Positions 6,456-12,738 of a DNA stretch of 12,738 nt are shown here, one piece after another (position 1 is the stretch's first letter; each line of letters opens with the position of its first letter). The stretch lies in contig JBIKWN010000068.1 in NCBI GenBank assembly GCA_044356295.1, positions 1 through 12,738 of the forward strand. Direction: 5' to 3'. A program made the position numbers and the translations under genes. This stretch comes from Bdellovibrionota bacterium (GTDB taxonomy: Bacteria > Bdellovibrionota_C > UBA2361 > JBIKWN01). The notes under the pieces were generated by a model that was not told where the DNA came from, made no database searches, and was given only the letters and a program-made list of their open reading frames with translations.

Positions 6456-7409
6456 TTAACGTAATAAAAACTTTTTAATAACACTCTTCATAGTAGGAAA
6501 AGTTCCTCCTATAAATCTTGAAGCTTTGATCGGTAAACAATTCAATAACATATTTATCTGATCACCCTGTTGCTGATTTACAGCAGTTAACCTCATTACT
6601 TCACTCTGAAGATTCCGATATTTATTCTCACTAAACATAGGCGAAGCAAGAAGTGCTTGAATATCTGGTTTTGGATCTAACCTATCCCAATGTATTAGTC
6701 CTTGCATAATTGCATCCCAAGCCATGATGACAGAAAGCACAGAAGATACTTGTCCATCTTGTTCGGGAGTATTTCTTGTTATTCTGTTCTGATACGACTT
6801 ATGGATATATTCCAGAAAGTCAAAATCATAGTCATAGCGTTGATTGATTGCATAGTGTAACTGCTTCTTTATAACATCCGTAATCGAATCATAATTATGA
6901 TGATGAATATGTAGACATGGTGGTCTTAAATAAAGGAGTCTACAAGAATTTGTGACAGCAGGTGGCACATGATTATAGTCACTCCAGGACACTGTCTCCT
7001 TTTTAAATAAACGTATCTGATGATCCGGATACCATCCGGTAGCTTTCATAATTTTACCAGCTATGAAATTAAACCGTGGAATTGCAAACGCGTCGATTTG
7101 ACTCTGATGACTTTCAATTAAATCAGTAATGGAATCTTTAGCATCTTCAGACAGATATTCATCCGAATCGAGAACTAAAACCCAATCAAACTTAGCTTTT
7201 TCAATAAATTGATTCCGCACTCCATCGACACGAGGATGATTTTTCACGGCTTTGATTCTAAAACCGGAACTCGCTGCTAAAGATACGGTTGCATCTGTGC
7301 TCTCCATATCAACTAATATGCGATCTTCTATCCATGCAGTACTTTCAATAAGTGCAGCTAATACTTGTTGGGAATTTTTAGAATGAACTATAAGAGAGAT
7401 ATTAACCAT
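6456..7409 (-). CDS. Glycosyltransferase family 2
   Basis: ILVDMESTDAT, WVLVLDSDE (DxD), PRFNF...GWYPDHQIRLF, as in LPS/LOS-type GT2 enzymes; possible short C-terminal coiled coil. Confidence 0.88.
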   Translation of the reverse strand: MVNISLIVHSKNSQQVLAALIESTAWIEDRILVDMESTDATVSLAASSGFRIKAVKNHPRVDGVRNQFIEKAKFDWVLVLDSDEYLSEDAKDSITDLIESHQSQIDAFAIPRFNFIAGKIMKATGWYPDHQIRLFKKETVSWSDYNHVPPAVTNSCRLLYLRPPCLHIHHHNYDSITDVIKKQLHYAINQRYDYDFDFLEYIHKSYQNRITRNTPEQDGQVSSVLSVIMAWDAIMQGLIHWDRLDPKPDIQALLASPMFSENKYRNLQSEVMRLTAVNQQQGDQINMLLNCLPIKASRFIGGTFPTMKSVIKKFLLR

Positions 7410-8145
7410 CGATTGTATATTTACCTTGCCATTTCGTCATAAACCGCTGCCTTGAATCAATATCAAGCGAAATTCTACCAGGCGTCATTGATTCAAAATG
7501 CAATGAATCATATTTCTGGCAGCAAACTATCTTTGCGCCGCTTTGTCTAGCACGGAGGCAAAAATCAATGTCTTCAAGCCCAAAGCCAAAGGTCTCATCA
7601 AGTCCTTGCAACTCATTGTAGAAACTTCTTCGAGTCATCAAACAAGCTCCCGTAACCGCTTGTCCAAAAAAAGTAACGCGAGGTACTGTTAAACTAGGTT
7701 TCATTCGCTCACGATGATAAGGACCTACCTCATCTGGACCAAATATCACACCACAGTGCTGGATAGTATTATCTGGGAAAATCATTCTTGTACCTACAAT
7801 ATCAACTGATAGTGTTTGAAAACTTTCTATCATTTCGCACAAAGCGAATGGATGTAAAAAAACATCATTGTTAAGTAAACAAACATATTCAGTATTGATC
7901 TTTTTAACTGCAATATTATTAGCTCGAGCAAAGGAAGTGTTAGTATCGAATCGAATAAGTGATTGAATGTTAGTTTCATATTCTGCTTTAAGAAAAGGCA
8001 CATTAGAGCAATTATCGACAATAACAATTTGATGCTCGAAGTTTGCCTTAACATTATCAAGAGCTATATAGAGAGCTCTTAAGCAATGATCAAGAAGTCC
8101 TTTTAGATCTTTTGTTAGAATGATAACGCCAATAGTAGTATTCAC
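7402..8145 (-). CDS. Glycosyltransferase family 2
   Basis: IVIVDNCS, FARANNIA, LLNND, IQHCG, AVTGACLM, GLDE...EDIDFCLR. GTG start 1 nt after the upstream stop. Confidence 0.9.
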   Translation of the reverse strand: MNTTIGVIILTKDLKGLLDHCLRALYIALDNVKANFEHQIVIVDNCSNVPFLKAEYETNIQSLIRFDTNTSFARANNIAVKKINTEYVCLLNNDVFLHPFALCEMIESFQTLSVDIVGTRMIFPDNTIQHCGVIFGPDEVGPYHRERMKPSLTVPRVTFFGQAVTGACLMTRRSFYNELQGLDETFGFGLEDIDFCLRARQSGAKIVCCQKYDSLHFESMTPGRISLDIDSRQRFMTKWQGKYTIDG

Positions 8146-8146
8146 A

Positions 8147-9022
8147 TTAATGAACTAAAAAATGTAATTGATTACTGAGCATCATTTTTAAATGATTAGC
8201 TTGCTTTTGGTGTGTATAATATAAAGCAGTATTTACTGCTTCAAATTGCAGTTCACGGATAAGAAGATTATCCATAAGTGAAGATTTTAATTTATCTTTT
8301 AAAAATTCAGCTTCTCCATAAAAACAATTTTGCTCATTTTTAAGGTACTCTGTACCACCTACAACTGGTACGGATAAAACCACACATCCCGAAGCCATCG
8401 CTTCAAGAGCTGGCAATCCAAACCATTCATTTTTTGATGTTGCTACAAAGAATGTGCTTTCTTTGAATGTTGTGGCTACCTGTTCTTGATGCATTCCATC
8501 AATCAGAGAAACAGTAAGGTCATGATTAAAATCTAAGAGTGTCGACATTACTTCCTTACCACGGCGAGACATAAAAGATATCAGGTGAGAATCTTTTAAT
8601 GTGCCATCATAAAAAAATGCATCTGCAATTGATATCCCAACCGAAATCGATTCCCTTCCAGCATTAAGCATATAGTCTTTTGCCTGTTGCCAACAATTTA
8701 ATAACGTAACCTCGTGATCGAGTAAGATAGGATCAATCAGTGGATCCGTTCCTTGGCAATGAAAAACTAGCTTCTTAGAGATTTTTTTTAATCTTAAATA
8801 GTCATGAGGTAGTGAAAAAATAACTGTATCGTGTGCAGTAATTTTTTTCATTGCTTCCTCCTCTGCAATCACCGAAGCACTAGAGCGAAACCAAACAGGG
8901 GCTTTGCCATCTGGGGTTACAACTACAATTTTTATGCCCAATCCATCAAGCATCTGGCAAAATTGAAAACCAACTTTGATTCCACCATAAATTCCAATTC
9001 CGGGTAAAAAATAGTAATTCAT
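8147..9022 (-). CDS. GT-B fold glycosyltransferase (family 4-like)
   Basis: N-terminal GIYGGIKV and the E-x7-E motif EWFGLPALEAMASGC. Confidence 0.85.
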   Translation of the reverse strand: MNYYFLPGIGIYGGIKVGFQFCQMLDGLGIKIVVVTPDGKAPVWFRSSASVIAEEEAMKKITAHDTVIFSLPHDYLRLKKISKKLVFHCQGTDPLIDPILLDHEVTLLNCWQQAKDYMLNAGRESISVGISIADAFFYDGTLKDSHLISFMSRRGKEVMSTLLDFNHDLTVSLIDGMHQEQVATTFKESTFFVATSKNEWFGLPALEAMASGCVVLSVPVVGGTEYLKNEQNCFYGEAEFLKDKLKSSLMDNLLIRELQFEAVNTALYYTHQKQANHLKMMLSNQLHFLVH

Positions 9023-9027
9023 TGAAA

Positions 9028-10647
9028 CTATCGCGCTTTAATCTTTCTTATAAAAATTTGTATCTTTAATAGAGAGATCAAGAATACGTAAAAAAGAGAC
9101 CCATAATGTTCTTTAGCGTAGATTAATCTTGCTTGATTCAACAGTATAAGTCGTTTTTGATTGGAAATATCGGAACCTGTTTGGGGTTGATGTTGTACAG
9201 CCGAATATAACTGCTTCAGGGCGATTTTATTCTTTTTCAATTTCAATCCAAAATCGACATCTTCCATGTATAAAAAGTATTTTTCTTGAAACCCCTGTAG
9301 AGACGTATAAAGCCCTACACTGGTAAACATACACGTCCCCAAAGGCCATTGCCACAAATCAGAGTGAAACCATTTAGATTTTTTGTGCCATGTAACAACG
9401 CGTTGCACTATCGGTCTGTGTGAAAAATTACTCTCAATAAGATCTACTGCCAATTTTAACAGTGTATATCCTGGCTGAATGCCTGCCTGCATAACATGCT
9501 TATCCATTGTAATAAAAGGAGCAGCTACTTGTTCAGGATTAGAAATAAGAACCTTTATTGCTTCCTCGGTTACTTCACTGTTCATCAGGCAATCAGGGTT
9601 CAAAAAACATACATATGCACTTTGCACATGCTTTACTGCTTGATTACATCCTTTGGCAAAACCCAAATTCTTATTACTTCTAAAAATAGAAACGTTATGT
9701 TTTTCGACTATTTCAATAGTTGTATCTTCTGAGTTGTTATCAAAAACAATAATATTCTTATTAGGAACTCCTGATTCAAAAAGAGAGGTAAGACAATCGC
9801 CAATACAACGAGATGAATTAAAAGTAATAATTACATAAGTAATCTCATTTTTATCACGACGACTATTCATTTCAAGAAAACACTTGTCGTGAGGCCCCTC
9901 ACAGAAATTACTATAGTGAAATATATTTGCATCTTTATTAGGAAAGTCGAGATCCCAGTGTTCACAGTGATTCCAATGCCAACTTAATTCAGTAACACCC
10001 TTTGGGTTCACATTATTAGCCCAATATTGGAAATAATCTTGGTCAGCGATCATATGGTGCTCAACCTGATGTCTTTCTTGACGGGAATTAATTTGGTCGA
10101 GAGTGGAATCAACAATTTTTAAAAGTTCATGTTTTTCAGCAATTACTACCCCCGAATTATAAAATCGAAAATCTTCAACTCTAGGGCTTTGAATAGTTGG
10201 GTCAATAAATTTTAAAGAAAAATTCTTATAATGCTCGAGAAAGTCTTTTCTCGACATAGTTGATCCTCGAATTTTTGTTTGTTCTACCATTCCTAAAGAA
10301 CGATCACCAAGAGTTGAAATCAAATTCTGCGAAGAAACCCTCTTATTGAATAATGTATCAACATCCAACATGAGAATATGACTGCAATCACTCTGCTTAA
10401 AACACTCCTTAATACCTTTAAACTTTAAAAGAAATCTTTGTGCTCTATCGAGAGGATCTTGATTATTCCGAAAGGTTTTGATTTGAATACGTTTACTGGA
10501 AGGTATCTCTAATAAATTTTTGTTATCTGTATAAATGCATATATTAAAATCTGTGTACTCTAAAAGAGACTTTACTGATATGCCAAAAGCTTTGAAGTAT
10601 GATGGTGCGCCGTGCACTAAATAATAGGCTGATACAGTGTCCTTCAT
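9028..10647 (-). CDS. Two-domain glycosyltransferase: N-terminal GT8-like plus C-terminal GT2
   Basis: N-half LMLDVD, FYNSGV, DQDYFQ, WHWN, IFHY. C-half YVIITFNS, FDNNSED, NLGFAKGCNQA, FLNPD, YFLYMEDVDF. Confidence 0.85.
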   Translation of the reverse strand: MKDTVSAYYLVHGAPSYFKAFGISVKSLLEYTDFNICIYTDNKNLLEIPSSKRIQIKTFRNNQDPLDRAQRFLLKFKGIKECFKQSDCSHILMLDVDTLFNKRVSSQNLISTLGDRSLGMVEQTKIRGSTMSRKDFLEHYKNFSLKFIDPTIQSPRVEDFRFYNSGVVIAEKHELLKIVDSTLDQINSRQERHQVEHHMIADQDYFQYWANNVNPKGVTELSWHWNHCEHWDLDFPNKDANIFHYSNFCEGPHDKCFLEMNSRRDKNEITYVIITFNSSRCIGDCLTSLFESGVPNKNIIVFDNNSEDTTIEIVEKHNVSIFRSNKNLGFAKGCNQAVKHVQSAYVCFLNPDCLMNSEVTEEAIKVLISNPEQVAAPFITMDKHVMQAGIQPGYTLLKLAVDLIESNFSHRPIVQRVVTWHKKSKWFHSDLWQWPLGTCMFTSVGLYTSLQGFQEKYFLYMEDVDFGLKLKKNKIALKQLYSAVQHQPQTGSDISNQKRLILLNQARLIYAKEHYGSLFYVFLISLLKIQIFIRKIKAR

Positions 10648-10891
10648 TCTCGTTTAATTCATTAATCAAAATTTAACTACAACTTCATTCAGTAAAACTA
10701 TCACAGGAATAGATCCTTCATATTAGTTTTAAACATATATACTATCAAAGTATTGATAATAGAATAATAGATAGCTATCGTCACTCATCTTCATGCACAG
10801 TAAACATGCACAATCTGCTAATGTAAAAATCACCGAATTAGGTGATATCACATCAAGTAATTTGGATACTTACTGTTCAAGATTCATTTTT

Positions 10892-12738
10892 ATGATTTCT
10901 TTACTCTGTAACCTTGTTATTAGAACTACAAATAAAATTCGATTAAGATTTTCAAAACGTTTCACTCCTCAATGGCTACTTGAAAACTTTGATGAGCAGA
11001 TCTATCTAAGGCAAAATCAAGATGTTTATGATGCAATTCAGCACAAAAGGCTTAGGTCAGGATTTGAGCATTGGATTATCCGAGGACAAAAAGAATATAT
11101 ACATGGAAAGCGAAAACCTGGTTTTTTCGAATACGATACTATTTTTCGGGAAGATCTTTATTTAGCAGCTAATCCAGATGTTGCATATGCAGTCACTATT
11201 GGACAATTCATCTCAGGGTATCAACATTGGGTGCTTCATGGAGAAGCAGAATTTAAATCCGGAATTCGTCGAACAGGATTCATCGAAGAACAGCAATATA
11301 AGGAATGGATTCTCGAAAGAGATATTCTTTACAAGGGAAAAACATTAAGAATCACCCAAGAATCCTTAAAACAATTCCTACAACAACAAACCGACTTACT
11401 TCTTCCACAATCCGAAAAGCCAACTATTTCAATAATTATTGTACTTCATAATCAAGCGGCATTATCGCTTCGATGCTTTCAAGCATTACAAAAGAACTAC
11501 GATGTCCCGATCGAAATAATAATTATCGATAATAATTCAACTGATGAAACTGAGCTCCTATTACAAAGAACTAAAGGTGCAACAGTTTTTAAAAATAAAA
11601 CAAATAACTTTTATATTAAAGCAGTCAACCAAGTAATTTCACACTGTAAAGGTGCATTTATTCTTCTTTTAAACAATGATGCTGCTATTGAACCATGCAG
11701 TTTATCTATAGCATTAAAAACACTTTGCAGCGCTTCTGATATTGGAGCCGTAGGTGGCAAAGTTATATTACCAGATGGGACGCTGCAAGAAGCGGGTTCG
11801 ATTATTTGGCAAGACGGCACTTGCAATGGATATGGAAGACACGGCAATCCCGATAATCCCCAGTATAATTTCCAACGAACTGTCGATTTCTGCTCTGGGG
11901 TTTTTCTTTTAGTAAAAAAAGAGTTGCTCGAACAAATTGGAGGATTAAATGAAGATTTATCTCCTATGTATTATGAAGATGTGGATCTATGTTTACGACT
12001 CAAAGCTCTTGGATACAGAACAGTTTATAATCCAAACATAATAATAAATCACTTTGAATTTGGCTCATCATATTCCTCGTTATGGAGGCAGAATTTACTC
12101 CTCAATAATCAAGAAAAGATCCTAACTTTGCATAAAGACTTTCTATTAAAAAAACTCCCTTTTACAAAAGAGAATATCATTCATGCTCGAAACGACTATA
12201 AAGATAAGCCAAGAATTCTGTTTATAGAAGATGCCGTCCCTCTCATAAAGTTTGGTGCTGGTCATCCTCGCTCCCAAATTATCATAAACTTGCTAGCTGA
12301 TATGGGAGCGTCAATTACTGTATGTTCAATGGCAAGAACACATAGTGGTGTTTTTTCTGAGCCAATAGAATGGAGTGAAATATACAACGAAATCAATCCA
12401 GAGGTAGAAGTTTTTAAAGACTTTCAATATACACATCTAGAAACTTTCATGAACGAGAGAAAAACATTCTATGAGTACATCTTTGTTTTTCGTCCTCACA
12501 ATATGAGTTATATCTCAGAATTATTTGATAAGGATCCTTCTCTATTTAACAAAATGAAGATCATTTACGATGCTGAGGCACTCTATGCAAATAGAAAAGT
12601 CTTAGAGAAAAGTATCCAAAACTCACCCCTGCCTCAAGAAGAGATCTCAAGAACTCTTAATAGAGAGCTTTCTCACGCTGCAATCGCAGACACAGTGATT
12701 ACAGTCTCAAATCAAGAAGCAGTTTTTTTTCAACAGAG
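10892..12738 (+). CDS. Large multidomain glycosyltransferase (two N-terminal repeats, GT2, start of a GT4-like domain); 3'-truncated by the window and absent from the ORF track
   Basis: Manual translation from ATG 10892 (alternative in-frame ATG 10793) has no stop to the window end: PTISIIIVLHNQ, IIDNNSTD, LLLNND, LQEAGSIIWQDG, VDFCSGVFL, YYEDVDLCLR, then RILFIEDAVP...GAGHPRS and IIYDAEAL. Confidence 0.9.
   Translation, partial: MISLLCNLVIRTTNKIRLRFSKRFTPQWLLENFDEQIYLRQNQDVYDAIQHKRLRSGFEHWIIRGQKEYIHGKRKPGFFEYDTIFREDLYLAANPDVAYAVTIGQFISGYQHWVLHGEAEFKSGIRRTGFIEEQQYKEWILERDILYKGKTLRITQESLKQFLQQQTDLLLPQSEKPTISIIIVLHNQAALSLRCFQALQKNYDVPIEIIIIDNNSTDETELLLQRTKGATVFKNKTNNFYIKAVNQVISHCKGAFILLLNNDAAIEPCSLSIALKTLCSASDIGAVGGKVILPDGTLQEAGSIIWQDGTCNGYGRHGNPDNPQYNFQRTVDFCSGVFLLVKKELLEQIGGLNEDLSPMYYEDVDLCLRLKALGYRTVYNPNIIINHFEFGSSYSSLWRQNLLLNNQEKILTLHKDFLLKKLPFTKENIIHARNDYKDKPRILFIEDAVPLIKFGAGHPRSQIIINLLADMGASITVCSMARTHSGVFSEPIEWSEIYNEINPEVEVFKDFQYTHLETFMNERKTFYEYIFVFRPHNMSYISELFDKDPSLFNKMKIIYDAEALYANRKVLEKSIQNSPLPQEEISRTLNRELSHAAIADTVITVSNQEAVFFQQ

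Noticed and set aside
11777..11784. GGGACGCT as a further repeat copy
   Set aside because: Only 8 bp, inside the conserved PDGTLQEAG coding motif, with no flanking similarity.
7830..11847. ORFs 7830-8060, 9496-9732, 9653-9838 and 11611-11847
   Set aside because: All nested in glycosyltransferase genes; the last is antisense to the long + strand GT omitted from the track.

Overview
AT-rich bacterial accessory region. Left half: a hypothetical gene (possibly 5'-truncated), then two divergently transcribed type II toxin-antitoxin operons (XRE/HipB-like plus HipA kinase on -, VapB-like plus PIN/VapC on +) around a repeat-dense intergenic hub (2493-2966). The hub holds a 131-bp IS4-family-like MITE (18-bp TIRs, 10-bp target duplication, internal inverted hexamer arrays) inserted at the edge of a REP-like motif AGGGGACGCTCACCTTTA. 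That motif recurs at gene junctions (829, 2700, variant at 6425, degenerate inverted copies at 2539 and 2774), and two identical copies bracket the whole hipBA module. Middle: a tandem-LCCL secreted-type protein whose signal peptide is interrupted by an in-frame TAA, and a membrane HAMP class III adenylate cyclase. Right half: a four-gene glycosyltransferase operon (-) and a divergent large glycosyltransferase (+) with N-terminal repeats, absent from the ORF track and running off the window. All family calls come from motif recognition by eye; no searches were run.
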